Below, in pieces: positions 17,356 through 28,741 of a DNA stretch of 64,000 nucleotides. Where the stretch lies: the NCBI GenBank assembly GCA_023229065.1, contig JALNZZ010000001.1, positions 2,516-66,515 of the forward strand, written 5' to 3'. Under the pieces are notes generated by a model. The model was not told where the DNA came from and ran no database searches. It saw only the letters and a program-made list of their open reading frames with translations. The position numbers and the translations under genes are program-made. This DNA comes from Porticoccaceae bacterium (GTDB lineage Bacteria; Pseudomonadota; Gammaproteobacteria; Pseudomonadales; Porticoccaceae). Numbering within the stretch: the first letter of the stretch is position 1; each line of letters opens with the position of its first letter.

Positions 17356-18495
17356 ATGACAATAAAATTCATGTCGGGCGCACTTGTCCTGATACTCGCT
17401 GTGCTGTTGGCCGGTTGCGGCGCAGGTGAGCCGACGGCTGGCAGTGATGCAGGGGCAGCCGCCCCTGCCAAGGTCTATCGCTGGAAGATGGTAATGGCGT
17501 GGCCGAAGAACTTTCCGGGTCTTGGCACTGGTGCGGAGCGCTTCGCCGAGCACGTGGCGACCATGAGTGCGGGCCGGCTCAAGATACACATCTACGGTGC
17601 CGGTGAGCTGGTCCCGCCGATGGAAGTGTTTGATGCTGTCTCTCAGGGCACAGCGGAGATGGGCCACAGCGCCGCCTATTACTGGAAGGGCAAGGTGCCA
17701 GCTTCGGTCTTCTTTACCTCCGTGCCCTTTGGCATGACCACGGCAGAGACCAATGCCTGGCTGCACTACGGGGGCGGTTTGGAGCTGTGGCGGGAAGCCT
17801 ATGCGCCGTTCAATATCATTCCTTTTGCTGGCGGCAATACCGGCGTGCAGATGGCCGGCTGGTTCAGCAAAGAAATCAATAGCCTGGCGGATCTCAAAGG
17901 TCTCAAGATGCGCATTCCCGGGCTCGGTGGCGAAGTTTTTCAGCGGGTCGGCGGCCAGCCCATCAATATTCCCGGCAGTGAGCTGTACATCTCGATGGAA
18001 ACGGGGGTAATTGACGCCGTGGAGTGGGTTGGCCCCTACAACGACCTCGCCTTCGGTTTCCAGAACCTGGGCAAGGGGCAGCGCACCTTGCGCTACTACT
18101 ATCCGGGCTGGCAGGAGCCTACCGGAACCTTGGAGCTGTTGGTCAACAAGAAAGCTTTCGAAAGTCTGCCCGCGGATTTGCAGGCGATTGTGGAAGTGGC
18201 TGCCCGCGCCGCCAACCAGGACATGATGGATGAATACATTGCCTACAGTGCCAGAGCCTATCGGGACCTGCTGGAGAGATATGGTGTGGATATTCGTCCA
18301 CTGCCAATGGATGTGCTGGAGAGTCTGAGGCAGGAGTCTGCCAAGGTATTGGAAGATATCGCCGCCAGTGACGAGCTGGCGGGGCGGATACACGCCTCCC
18401 AACAGGCGTTTGCAGCCCACACAGTGCCTTACCAGCGCATTACCGAAGAAGCCTACATTGAGGTCAGGCGGGCCTTGGAGAAGCCGTTAGAATAA
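17356..18495 (+). CDS. TRAP-transporter DctP-family periplasmic solute-binding protein (orphan)
   Basis: Lipoprotein-like signal LAVLLAGCGAG. The YRWKMVMAWPKNFPGLG..AYYWKGK region is typical of a DctP-like family. No DctQ/DctM genes are adjacent. Confidence 0.7.
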   Translation: MTIKFMSGALVLILAVLLAGCGAGEPTAGSDAGAAAPAKVYRWKMVMAWPKNFPGLGTGAERFAEHVATMSAGRLKIHIYGAGELVPPMEVFDAVSQGTAEMGHSAAYYWKGKVPASVFFTSVPFGMTTAETNAWLHYGGGLELWREAYAPFNIIPFAGGNTGVQMAGWFSKEINSLADLKGLKMRIPGLGGEVFQRVGGQPINIPGSELYISMETGVIDAVEWVGPYNDLAFGFQNLGKGQRTLRYYYPGWQEPTGTLELLVNKKAFESLPADLQAIVEVAARAANQDMMDEYIAYSARAYRDLLERYGVDIRPLPMDVLESLRQESAKVLEDIAASDELAGRIHASQQAFAAHTVPYQRITEEAYIEVRRALEKPLE

Positions 18496-18982
18496 CCTTC
18501 AAGCGCTGTTCATTTCCAGGATCAAGAGCGATGGAGAGCTGTTTCAGGTACAGGTGGACGTTGCTTTCTGCTGCAGCCGCGCCAGGCTTGCCGGATAGTG
18601 TCGCCCCTTGCCAGGCTGCCAGGAGGGCTTGCAGAAGTTCACCTTGCAGTCGCTCGGCAACCAGCTCATTGTCGAGGATTGCCTGCCGCAACGTTTCGCT
18701 ATCGGCCGCTGAGGGGGCGGCGATAGCTGACCGATACTTTTTGAGCCAGCGGCGGGCCGATCGCAAAGGTCTGACCAGGTTCTGACGCCAAGGCTCGCTA
18801 TCGTTGATCAGCATGTGCAATTGTGCCGGGTGGAGTGGCCCCCACTCATAGCCTGACCACAGGCACAGCAAGAGCAGCATGACATCAAGATCGTACTGTT
18901 CTTGCAGCCACAGACAGGCATCCGCCACCCCTGGCTCGCCGTAAAGATGGGTAGCAAACAGCCAAAAGTCGTTTGTTTTCAT
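18464..18982 (-). CDS. TIGR02444/DUF2390-like conserved hypothetical protein
   Basis: 172 aa starting MKTNDFWLFATHLYGEPGV..CLWLQ. Family recalled from memory. Its 3-prime end overlaps the convergent TRAP gene by 32 nt. Confidence 0.5.
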   Translation of the reverse strand: MKTNDFWLFATHLYGEPGVADACLWLQEQYDLDVMLLLLCLWSGYEWGPLHPAQLHMLINDSEPWRQNLVRPLRSARRWLKKYRSAIAAPSAADSETLRQAILDNELVAERLQGELLQALLAAWQGATLSGKPGAAAAESNVHLYLKQLSIALDPGNEQRLKVILTASPRPA

Positions 18983-18994
18983 GCCGCAGTGCTC

Positions 18995-20443
18995 TCAGCG
19001 TCGCCAGAACATGGGCGAGAACAGTACCAGTACGGTAAAGATTTCCAATCGTCCCAGGATCATGGCGACGACCAGTACCCACTTGGAGAAAGCGTTGAGA
19101 TCGCCGAAATGGGCTGCGACATCACCGAGGCCGGGGCCGAGATTGTTGAGGCTGGCGGCAGTGGCTGACCAGGCGGTGACGAAATCCATCCCGGCGGCCA
19201 ATAGCAACAAGACGATCAAGTAGTAGACCGCCAGATAGACGCCAAAAAATGCCCATACCGCATCGGTGACACGGGTGGGTACCGCCCAGTTGCGGACCTT
19301 CATTGAAAACACACCACTGGGGTGCACCAGCCGAGCGATCTCGCGCATTACCTGCTTGTACATAATCAGCATACGGCCCATTTTTACGCCGCCGGTGGTG
19401 GAACCAACGCAGCCGCCAAAGAACGACATCACCAGCAGAAAGAACGGCAAAAAACTGGGCCAGGCGCTGAAGTTGGCGGTAGCAAAGCCGGTCGTGGTGG
19501 TAATGGATACCAGCTGGAAGATACCGTGTACAACGCTCTGTTCCATACCGTAAACGCGGGCAAAGAACAGATAGCCACATACCACCACCGAGCAGCCCAA
19601 CAGGATGAGCAAAAAGGCCTTGGCTTCCGGGTTGCGCCAGTAGTGGAATACAGTGCCTCGTATCCAGGTGTAGTAGTGCAGTCCAAAGCTGATGGACGAC
19701 AACACCATAAAAATGATGCAGATGGCATAGATCAGATTGTTGTCGAATTGCCCGATACTGGTGTCGTAATTGGCGAAACCGCCAGTGGCAACGGTGGAGA
19801 AGCTGTGGGTGAGGGCGTCGAAGAAGGTCATCCCCGCGGCCCAGTAAGCGAGGGTACAAGCGGCGTTGAGCATGACATAGATAAGAAACAGCGCCTTGGC
19901 GGTTTCGGCGATGCGCGGCGTCATCTTGGTTTCCTTTGACGGTCCCACCATCTCTGTGCGGTAGAGCTGCATGCCGCCGATGCCCAACATGGGCATAATC
20001 GCCACGGCGATCACTACGATACCGATACCGCCGAGAAAGTGTAGCTGCTGTCGGTAGTAGAGAATCGAGCGGGGCAAGTCGTCGAGGCCGCTGATTACAG
20101 TGCCGCCTGTGGTGGTGATACCGGAAACAGACTCGAACAGGGCGTCGCTGAAGGATAGCGCCAGGCTATCCACCAGCAGCAGCGGCAGAGTGCCGGTAAG
20201 TCCTAATGCCAGCCAGAACAGCACCGTAATGATAAAGCCGTCGCGGGTGCGCAGTTCTGCGTTGATGCGGCTGAACGGCAGCCACATCAGCATCCCCAGA
20301 GAGAAGGTAATAGCGAAAGCAAGAAAAAAAGCCTCGGCGGTGTCCTCGGTATATGCCACCGACACCACGATGGGCACCAGCAGAGTGATGCTGAACAACA
20401 TCAGAAACAGGCCGAGAATACGCGAGACGACGGCGGGGTGCAT
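18995..20443 (-). CDS. trkH: Trk potassium uptake membrane subunit
   Basis: 482 aa polytopic protein, adjacent to trkA, with typical TrkH length and sequence character. Confidence 0.9.
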   Translation of the reverse strand: MHPAVVSRILGLFLMLFSITLLVPIVVSVAYTEDTAEAFFLAFAITFSLGMLMWLPFSRINAELRTRDGFIITVLFWLALGLTGTLPLLLVDSLALSFSDALFESVSGITTTGGTVISGLDDLPRSILYYRQQLHFLGGIGIVVIAVAIMPMLGIGGMQLYRTEMVGPSKETKMTPRIAETAKALFLIYVMLNAACTLAYWAAGMTFFDALTHSFSTVATGGFANYDTSIGQFDNNLIYAICIIFMVLSSISFGLHYYTWIRGTVFHYWRNPEAKAFLLILLGCSVVVCGYLFFARVYGMEQSVVHGIFQLVSITTTTGFATANFSAWPSFLPFFLLVMSFFGGCVGSTTGGVKMGRMLIMYKQVMREIARLVHPSGVFSMKVRNWAVPTRVTDAVWAFFGVYLAVYYLIVLLLLAAGMDFVTAWSATAASLNNLGPGLGDVAAHFGDLNAFSKWVLVVAMILGRLEIFTVLVLFSPMFWRR

Positions 20444-20478
20444 GGCGTGTCCTGAGTTAAAAGTCCTGAACGATGGGC

Positions 20479-21861
20479 CTAGAAGAAAGAGAAGCCGACC
20501 TGGAAGAGTCGCTCTATATCCTTGACCCGGCGCTTGTCCACCACGAACACGATGACGTGATCGCCATTTTCAATCACCGTATCGCGGTGGGCGATCACTA
20601 CTTTGCCGTTGCGTTCCAGTGCTGCAAGGGTCGCGCCGGGAGGAGACACGATGTCCTCAATCTTGCGGCCTACCACCTTGGAGCTCTTGGCATCGCCGTG
20701 GACGATGATTTCCAGTGCTTCGGCCGCACCGCGACGCAAGGAATGCACGTTGACTGCACCGCTCTTGCGCACATGGGTGAGCAACAGGCTGGCGGTAGCC
20801 TGCTGCGGCGAGACGGCAATATCGATTTCTCCAGCTTGCATCAGGTCTGCATACACCGGATTCTGAATCAGGGTGAGCACCTTCCGGCAACCGAGTCGCT
20901 TGGCCAGCAGGGACGCCATGATATTGACTTCATCGTCATTGGTGAGGGCCAAAAACAAGTCGGTTTTGTCGATATTCTCCTCGCGCAGCAGGTCCTGGTC
21001 AGTAGCGGAACCATTGAGCACCGTGGTGCGGTCCAGATGCTCGGCGAGAAACTCGCAGCGGGCGCGAGTAAACTCGATGATCTTGACGTTGTAATCGTGC
21101 TCCAGGGCCTGGGCGAGGCGGAAGCCGACATTGCCGCCGCCGGCGATGATGAGCCGCCGATAGGGAAGCTCTTGTTGGCGCAGCTCGCCCAGCACAGTGC
21201 GAATATTGTCCCGTGCGGCAATGAAAAACACTTCGTCGCCAGCTTCGATCACCGTATCGCCTTTTGGCACTATGGAGCGATCGTGGCGAAAAATAGCTGC
21301 CACCCGGGTATCCACCTTGGGCAGATGCTCTTTGAGAGAGCGCAGCTGTTTGCCCACCAGAGGGCCGCCGTTGTAGGCGCGCACAGCGACCAGCTGCATG
21401 ATGCCGTTGGCAAAGTCGAGCACCTGTAGGGAGCCAGGTTGTTCCACCAAGCGGCGGATATAGTCGGTGACTACTTGCTCGGGAGTAATAAGCACATCGA
21501 CGGGGATATGCTCGGCGGTGAACAGTTTGTCGCGGAAGCGGGGGTTGGCATAGCTCTGGGCACGCACTCGAGCGATCTTGGTGGGGGTGCGAAACAGCGA
21601 ATAGGCCACTTGGCAGGCCAGCATATTGATTTCGTCGCTACTGGTGACGGCCACGATCATATCCGCGTCCTCCATGCCAGCGCGAAGGAGTACATCCGGA
21701 TGGCAGCCCATGCCGAGCACGGTGCGGATATCGAGGCGGTCCTGTAACTCCTGCAGGCGATTGCCGTTAATGTCCACCACGGTAATATCGTTGGCTTCAC
21801 CTGCCAGATGCTCCGCCAGGGTGCCACCTACCTGACCGGCGCCGACAATAGTAATTTTCAT
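20479..21861 (-). CDS. trkA: Trk system NAD-binding peripheral subunit
   Basis: Starts MKITIVGAGQVGGTLAEHL. A second Rossmann motif IIAGGGNVGFRLA. About 460 aa. ATGA overlap with the rsmB stop. Confidence 0.95.
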   Translation of the reverse strand: MKITIVGAGQVGGTLAEHLAGEANDITVVDINGNRLQELQDRLDIRTVLGMGCHPDVLLRAGMEDADMIVAVTSSDEINMLACQVAYSLFRTPTKIARVRAQSYANPRFRDKLFTAEHIPVDVLITPEQVVTDYIRRLVEQPGSLQVLDFANGIMQLVAVRAYNGGPLVGKQLRSLKEHLPKVDTRVAAIFRHDRSIVPKGDTVIEAGDEVFFIAARDNIRTVLGELRQQELPYRRLIIAGGGNVGFRLAQALEHDYNVKIIEFTRARCEFLAEHLDRTTVLNGSATDQDLLREENIDKTDLFLALTNDDEVNIMASLLAKRLGCRKVLTLIQNPVYADLMQAGEIDIAVSPQQATASLLLTHVRKSGAVNVHSLRRGAAEALEIIVHGDAKSSKVVGRKIEDIVSPPGATLAALERNGKVVIAHRDTVIENGDHVIVFVVDKRRVKDIERLFQVGFSFF

Positions 21862-23192
21862 GACAGTGCAGCTTCCTGTTCCGGTAGTACCTTCTCCAGC
21901 AAAGCATAGTAAAAGCCATCCGGTCCACCTGGTGTTGGCAGCAATTGCCGACCGCAGCTGGTGGCGATGCCCCACGAAACGTCGATGGGCAGTAGGCGTG
22001 CTTCTGGGTGATGTTCGGTAAAGGCGCTTACCACGGCGTCATTCTCCGCCGGTAATACAGAGCAAGTTGCGTACAGCAGCTGTCCGCCGGGTTTCAGCAC
22101 AGCCCACAGTGCCGTTAGTAGAGCCAGCTGGGTTGCGGCCAGTCTGCCGATATCGGCAGACTGGCGCAACAGCTTGATATCGGGGTGGCGGCGTATCACA
22201 CCACTGGCAGAGCAGGGAGCGTCGAGCAGTATACGGTCGAAGAGGCGCCCGTCCCACCAGGAGGACAGGGTTGCGGCATCGGCGGCTTTGAGCGTAGCGC
22301 AGAGGCCAAGGCGGTCGAGATTGTCAGCAACTCGCTGGAGTCGCTCACCGTCCACATCAAGGGCGACCAGCTCTGCAAGGGCGGGCTGCTGTTCCAGGAG
22401 GTGGCAGGCTTTGCCGCCGGGGGCACTGCAGGCGTCCAGCGCCCGCTCGCCAGGAGCGGGTGCCAGCAGCTGTGCACACAGCTGGGCCGCCTCGTCCTGT
22501 ACGCTCACCGCCCCGACGCTGAAATCGGGCAGCAGATCCACGGCCTGGGGCTCGTCCAGGTAGATGGCGGTAGGGGTCAGGGGCGCGGCATGAGCACCTA
22601 TGCCTGCATCGGCGAGTTGTATCAGGTAGTTGTCCCGGTCGCCGTGGCGGGTGTTGACCCGCAAGACCATGGGCGGTCGTGTATTGTTGGCGGCAAACAG
22701 GGCCGTAGCTTGTTCAGGCCAGGCGCTTTCGAGTGCCTTGCGCAGCCAGGTCGGATGAGCTGTGGTGAATTGAGGGTCGGTGGCGAAGCGGGCCTCAAGA
22801 CTGTCGCGCTCGCGCAGGAAGCGACGCAACACACCGTTGGCGAGGCCTTTGGCCCAGGGTCGTTTGAGGGCCTGACAGGCGGCGACCGTTTCGTTGACAG
22901 CAGCGTGATCGGGCGTGCGCATATGGCGTAACTGATAGAGGCCGGCGGCCAGCAGCATGGTGATCTCGGCGTCTTTGGCCTTAAGGGGGCGGTCGATCAG
23001 AGCGCCGAGCAGCCGTTCCAGTGCCGGGTACCAGCGCAGGGTGCCGTAGCAGAGTTCTTGCACCAAAGCGCGGTCAGAGGCGGTGACTCGCTCCAAGGCG
23101 GCGGGGAGCAGAGTGTTCAGTGAGCCCTCTTGGCGCAAAACGCCAGCCAGTACTCGGGCACAGGCTTCCCGTGCTTTCACTGCGCAGTGCAC
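21858..23192 (-). CDS. rsmB: 16S rRNA (cytosine967-C5)-methyltransferase
   Basis: N-terminal NusB-like region, SAM motif DACSAPGGK and catalytic DAPCSASGV. GTG start. fmt-rsmB-trkA synteny. Confidence 0.9.
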   Translation of the reverse strand: MHCAVKAREACARVLAGVLRQEGSLNTLLPAALERVTASDRALVQELCYGTLRWYPALERLLGALIDRPLKAKDAEITMLLAAGLYQLRHMRTPDHAAVNETVAACQALKRPWAKGLANGVLRRFLRERDSLEARFATDPQFTTAHPTWLRKALESAWPEQATALFAANNTRPPMVLRVNTRHGDRDNYLIQLADAGIGAHAAPLTPTAIYLDEPQAVDLLPDFSVGAVSVQDEAAQLCAQLLAPAPGERALDACSAPGGKACHLLEQQPALAELVALDVDGERLQRVADNLDRLGLCATLKAADAATLSSWWDGRLFDRILLDAPCSASGVIRRHPDIKLLRQSADIGRLAATQLALLTALWAVLKPGGQLLYATCSVLPAENDAVVSAFTEHHPEARLLPIDVSWGIATSCGRQLLPTPGGPDGFYYALLEKVLPEQEAALS

Positions 23193-23249
23193 TCTCTCAA
23201 GGGATGTCTTGCAGGGCGAAGGGCACCGGATAAAGTGGAAACTATGGCA

Positions 23250-24185
23250 TCATTCAAGTCGATCACCGACGGTGAATAGGGTGGGGTTGCCGCGCAGGAT
23301 GTCGGCCACTGGTAGACGCTTTTTGCCCGGCAGCTGGGCTTCGTGAATTTTCAGGGCGCCGCGCCCGCAAGCGACGGTGATACCGCCGTCCCCCACAGTG
23401 ATCACTGTGCCTGGTGGTTTGTCGCTAACAATATCGACGGGAGCGGCGGCCCAGATGCGCAGATGCGCTTCGCCCAGACGAGCAAATGCGACGGGAAAGG
23501 GGTTGAAGGCTCGCACCTGACGGTCGATATGCACAGCGTCCCGCTGCCAGTCGATGGCTGCCTCTTCCTTGGTGATCTTGGCGGCATAGGTAGCGAGATT
23601 GCCATCTTGTGCGGTGGGTTGGAGTTCCCCTTTTGCCAGCAGGGTCAAGGTGTCAAGCAGGGCCGGAGGGCCCAGCTGTGCCAGGCGGTCGTGAAGACTG
23701 CCGCCGGTATCTTGGGCAGTGATGGGGCAGCGGATTTCCAGTAGCATATCACCGGTGTCGAGACCGGCGTCCATTTGCATGATTGTGATGCCGGTTTCGG
23801 TGTCGCCGGCCTCAATGGCCCGTTGGATGGGGGCGGCGCCGCGCCAGCGCGGCAGCAGGGAAGCGTGGACGTTGATGCAGCCAAAGCGGGGAATATCGAG
23901 TACTGCCTGGGGCAATAGTAGACCGTAGGCTACCACGATGAAGAGATCGGGTTTGAGGTTAGCCAGCTGGTGCTGGGCATCGGGATCTCTCAGGCTGGGT
24001 GGCTGAAAAACTGGCAGGCTGTGATTTTGGGCCAATGCCTTGACCGGACTGGCGGTGAGCTTTTTGCCGCGTCCAGCGGGGCGGTCGGGCTGGGTAAAGA
24101 CGCCGACCACGCGGCAGTTGGCGGCAATCAGGGCGTCCAGGTGGTGGGCGGCGAACTCAGGGGTGCCGCCAAAGACGATACGCAC
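23250..24185 (-). CDS. fmt: methionyl-tRNA formyltransferase
   Basis: MRIVFGGTPEFA, TQPDRPAGRG and HASLLPRWRGAAPIQ motifs. GTG start. Confidence 0.95.
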   Translation of the reverse strand: MRIVFGGTPEFAAHHLDALIAANCRVVGVFTQPDRPAGRGKKLTASPVKALAQNHSLPVFQPPSLRDPDAQHQLANLKPDLFIVVAYGLLLPQAVLDIPRFGCINVHASLLPRWRGAAPIQRAIEAGDTETGITIMQMDAGLDTGDMLLEIRCPITAQDTGGSLHDRLAQLGPPALLDTLTLLAKGELQPTAQDGNLATYAAKITKEEAAIDWQRDAVHIDRQVRAFNPFPVAFARLGEAHLRIWAAAPVDIVSDKPPGTVITVGDGGITVACGRGALKIHEAQLPGKKRLPVADILRGNPTLFTVGDRLE

Positions 24186-24203
24186 GGGGTTATCCTTGTA
24201 GGT

Positions 24204-24710
24204 TCAAGCCTGTTGGCGTTGTAGTTTTTCGAGTTTTTGACGGATGCGCTGCCGTTTGACAGGAGACAGGTAGTCAACGAACAGTTTGCCCTCCAGGTGG
24301 TCCAGTTCGTGCTGGATGCATACTGCCAGCAAGCCGTCGGGCTCCAGTTCAAAGGGGTTGCCGTCGCGGTCGAGAGCCTTGACGCGAATCTGGGCCGGGC
24401 GTGCTACATCTTCGTAGAATCCAGGTACCGATAAGCAGCCTTCCTGGTAGTCACGGCTTTCGTCGCCAATCACTTCCACTTCCGGGTTGATAAATACCAA
24501 AGGCTGGTTGCCCTCCTCCGAAATATCCATCACTACTACCCGCTCGTGGACATTGACCTGAGTCGCGGCGAGGCCGATACCGGGGGCCGCGTACATGGTC
24601 TCGAACATGTCGTCCACCAGCTGGCGGATGCGTTCGTCCACCTCGGCCACGGGGCGGGCGCGAGTGCGCAGGCGGGGGTCGGGAAATTCAAGGATGGTGA
24701 GAATGGCCAT
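24204..24710 (-). CDS. def: peptide deformylase
   Basis: [17 protein letters not shown] and QHELDHLEG motifs. 168 aa. Confidence 0.97.
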   Translation of the reverse strand: MAILTILEFPDPRLRTRARPVAEVDERIRQLVDDMFETMYAAPGIGLAATQVNVHERVVVMDISEEGNQPLVFINPEVEVIGDESRDYQEGCLSVPGFYEDVARPAQIRVKALDRDGNPFELEPDGLLAVCIQHELDHLEGKLFVDYLSPVKRQRIRQKLEKLQRQQA

Positions 24711-24914
24711 AGTGTTCGTAACAGACAGATTAGTGTTCGCAACAGATTTCTAGCAAAATGGCGCGGGCCACTGCTAACATTGGGTTCAGAATAACACCGG
24801 GACTCGCTGTCCGGGCCTCTGACAGGGCTTGCAAGGGAATCAAGCCTTGGGCAATCGCGAGCTTGTGGCAGGAAAGTATACATCATTGAGGAACAGCACA
24901 CAGGACGGCTCACG

Positions 24915-25961
24915 ATGAAAAGAATCCTACTGGCGCTGCTGGCGGTGTGGCTGCAGGTTGCGGCCGCAATGGCAGGCAGCGTGGAGCTCAAGGATGATGT
25001 TCCGGCTCGCTATACCGTAAAGGCCGGTGATACGCTGTGGGAGATTTCCACAGTGTTTTTGAAAAAGCCCTGGCAGTGGCCAGAAATTTGGCAAGCCAAC
25101 CCCCAAATTGCCAACCCCCAGCTGATTTATCCCGGTGATGTCATTGCGCTCACGTATGTGGATGGTCAGCCGCACCTGACCTTGGAGCGCAGTGGCCAGC
25201 CGGCTGAACACGCGGATGGTCGTACTGTGGTATTGCGGCCACAGGTTCGTGTATCGCCGCACGAGAATGTCATCCCCGCCCTGCCCTTGGGGGTGGTGAA
25301 TAGCTTTCTGTCCCGTACCAGAATAGTGGAGGCTGGTGATCTGGAGAACGCCCCCTATGTCCTCGCCGGCCACGAGAAGCGTTTGATATCCGGTATGGGC
25401 GACGACTTCTTCGCTCGCGGTGTGATGCCCGAGGGTGAGGACTTTCTCGGAATCTACCGCAAGGGCGACCCCTATATCGATCCCGATACCCAGGAGCTGT
25501 TGGGGCTCAGGGCTGAAGACATCGGTTCAGCCCAGGTCAAGCGAGTCAGTGGCGAGGTCGCCACCTTGAAGACGACTCGCAGTGTGCGGGAAATCCGTGT
25601 CGGCGACCGTCTGTTGTCCCATGAAGAACGGCGCCTCAAGCCGGCTTTCTATCCTCAGGCTCCAGACGTGGATATCAAGGGCAAAATAGTCTCGGTGGAA
25701 GGCGGTGTTAGCCAGGTGGGCCACCTGGATGTGGTCGCTATCAATCGTGGAGAGCGGGACGGTCTCCAGAGCGGTGATGTCCTTGGCATCTTCAAGCAGG
25801 GCGAGACCGTTCACGACCGTCTTGCTGGTGAACAGATTGTGCTGCCCTCAGAGCGGGCTGGTCTGCTGATGGTGTTTCGCAGCTTTGAAAAAATGAGCTT
25901 CGGCCTGGTGATGCATGCAGACCGTCCTCTGGCGGTTGGCGATGAGATTGCCAACCCCTGA
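24915..25961 (+). CDS. LysM peptidoglycan-binding protein, TsaP-like
   Basis: Signal peptide, then LysM (YTVKAGDTLWEISTVFLKKPWQWPEIW). Position divergent from def and upstream of dprA, as for Pseudomonas PA0020. Confidence 0.8.
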   Translation: MKRILLALLAVWLQVAAAMAGSVELKDDVPARYTVKAGDTLWEISTVFLKKPWQWPEIWQANPQIANPQLIYPGDVIALTYVDGQPHLTLERSGQPAEHADGRTVVLRPQVRVSPHENVIPALPLGVVNSFLSRTRIVEAGDLENAPYVLAGHEKRLISGMGDDFFARGVMPEGEDFLGIYRKGDPYIDPDTQELLGLRAEDIGSAQVKRVSGEVATLKTTRSVREIRVGDRLLSHEERRLKPAFYPQAPDVDIKGKIVSVEGGVSQVGHLDVVAINRGERDGLQSGDVLGIFKQGETVHDRLAGEQIVLPSERAGLLMVFRSFEKMSFGLVMHADRPLAVGDEIANP

Positions 25962-26052
25962 CAGCTGTTGTACCGGCAGGCAGACCAGGTAGATACTCTT
26001 TTAATTGCCGTCCGGCGTTGCCGGGCCTTGGTTCCAGGGAGGGAACAGATAA

Positions 26053-27138
26053 ATGGCCGACCATGCTGCACTGGTACTGATGCAGGTACCTCAGATCACG
26101 CCGGCGCTGATGCGCTTGGCGATTAGCACCTTCGCCGACCTCAAGACTTTTCTTGCTGCGTCTCCAGAAGATTGCCCGGCGCCGCTTCTCCCTGTTCATG
26201 CCGCTTACCATCTCAACCCTGCCCGGTATCACGCTGCTGCTGCACAATTGGCTGAGCGGCTCGCAGTGGAGGATATCGGAACCCTGGTACTGGGGGAGTC
26301 CGGCTACCCAGCCCTGCTGGCGGAAATTCAGCGTCCTCCACCACTGCTTTTCGTGCGCGGGGATCCCGCTGTACTGTCGCTGCCACAGTTGGCCATAGTC
26401 GGCAGCCGCCACGCCAGCAGCGGTGGGCTTCACAACGCTCGCATTTTTGCTGCCGAGCTGGCGGCGAGTGGCTTTGTCATCACCAGTGGGCTGGCACTGG
26501 GAGTGGACGGTGCCGCGCATCGCGGCGCGTTGGAGCGGGGGAAAACCGTCGCGGTGCTCGGTACGGGCATTGATATCTGTTATCCCCACCAGCACCGCAA
26601 ATTGGCGCAAGCAATTCTCGCTGGTGGTGGAGCTCTGGTGAGTGAGTTTCCCCTGGGGTTGACGCCGAGGCGGGAAAATTTTCCTCAGCGCAATCGTATT
26701 ATCAGCGGCCTCGGTTTGGGGGTGCTGGTGGTCGAAGCGGCCAGAGGAAGCGGCTCGCTGATCACTGCGCGGCAGGCGATGGAGCAGGGCCGAGAGGTAT
26801 TCGCGATACCTGGCTCGGTACACAACCCCCAGGCCAGAGGTTGCCACTGGCTGATTCGCGAGGGCGCCACCTTGGTGGAAAGTGTGGGTGATATTGTGGA
26901 GCACCTCGGTGGCCTGCTGGCCTACAAAGCAGAGGAGGTGGCCCCTGACGTACCCGCCGTTGCGACGGAAGATGAAGCTCGCCTGCTGACAGCCATGGGC
27001 TACGATCCAGTGAGTCCCGACACCCTAGTGGAGCGCACCGGCTTTGCCATCGCACATCTGACTGGCCTGCTGGTCGGCCTGGAGCTGCGCGGAGTGGTAG
27101 AAAGTGTTATGGGCGGGCTTTATCTGCGCCAGCGTTGA
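26053..27138 (+). CDS. dprA: DNA-processing protein DprA/Smf
   Basis: GSRHAS, GLALGVDGAAHRGAL and PQRNRIISGL motifs. 361 aa. Confidence 0.9.
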   Translation: MADHAALVLMQVPQITPALMRLAISTFADLKTFLAASPEDCPAPLLPVHAAYHLNPARYHAAAAQLAERLAVEDIGTLVLGESGYPALLAEIQRPPPLLFVRGDPAVLSLPQLAIVGSRHASSGGLHNARIFAAELAASGFVITSGLALGVDGAAHRGALERGKTVAVLGTGIDICYPHQHRKLAQAILAGGGALVSEFPLGLTPRRENFPQRNRIISGLGLGVLVVEAARGSGSLITARQAMEQGREVFAIPGSVHNPQARGCHWLIREGATLVESVGDIVEHLGGLLAYKAEEVAPDVPAVATEDEARLLTAMGYDPVSPDTLVERTGFAIAHLTGLLVGLELRGVVESVMGGLYLRQR

Positions 27139-27195
27139 TTGCCGCTTTTGCCTATTTGCGGTAGCCTCAGCGGCTTGACCATTGTCACCACGCCC

Positions 27196-27783
27196 ATGAA
27201 CTCAGCCACCTTCGCCTGTTGGACCCGGCACTACCGTATCCGTCGCGCCGCCCAGGCGATCGCTGCCGGCGGGGTGGTGGCCTACCCCACTGAAGCAGTC
27301 TGGGGGCTGGGTTGCGACCCCCTTAATCGCGAGGCAGTGATGCGGGTTCTTGAGCTCAAGGGCAGGAAGGTGGCCAAGGGAGTGATTCTGATCGCCGCCG
27401 AACTGGATCAGCTATTACCGTTTATTGGTACCCTCGATGCTGCCGAGCACCAGCGTTTGGCGGTGGCGGGCAACAGGGCAGTGACCTGGGTCGTACCCGC
27501 CAGTGCACAAGCGCCGGCCTGGGTCACCGGCGGTCGCGATACCATTGCTGTACGCATTACTCGCCACCCGGTGGCGGCAGCTCTAAGTCGTGTGGTGGGC
27601 ACTGCGTTGGTTTCTACCTCGGCCAACCCCCAGGGGCATCTGCCCGCGCGCAGTGCCATGAAGGTTCACCAGTATTTTCGCGGCCGCCTCGCAGATATTA
27701 CCCCCGGTGCGGTGGGGCGGGCTGCCAAACCCAGTGAGATCCGCGATATTCGCACGGGGCACATTCTCAGGTCTGGGGGGTGA
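27196..27783 (+). CDS. tsaC: L-threonylcarbamoyladenylate synthase (YrdC/Sua5 family)
   Basis: VVAYPTEAVWGLGCDP and STSANPQG motifs. Start chosen at MNSATF. Confidence 0.85.
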   Translation: MNSATFACWTRHYRIRRAAQAIAAGGVVAYPTEAVWGLGCDPLNREAVMRVLELKGRKVAKGVILIAAELDQLLPFIGTLDAAEHQRLAVAGNRAVTWVVPASAQAPAWVTGGRDTIAVRITRHPVAAALSRVVGTALVSTSANPQGHLPARSAMKVHQYFRGRLADITPGAVGRAAKPSEIRDIRTGHILRSGG

Positions 27784-27814
27784 GGTTATGCGGACAGGCT
27801 TTTTCAAGGAGTAG

Positions 27815-28732
<918 letters not shown>

Positions 28733-28741
28733 GGTGGGCCG

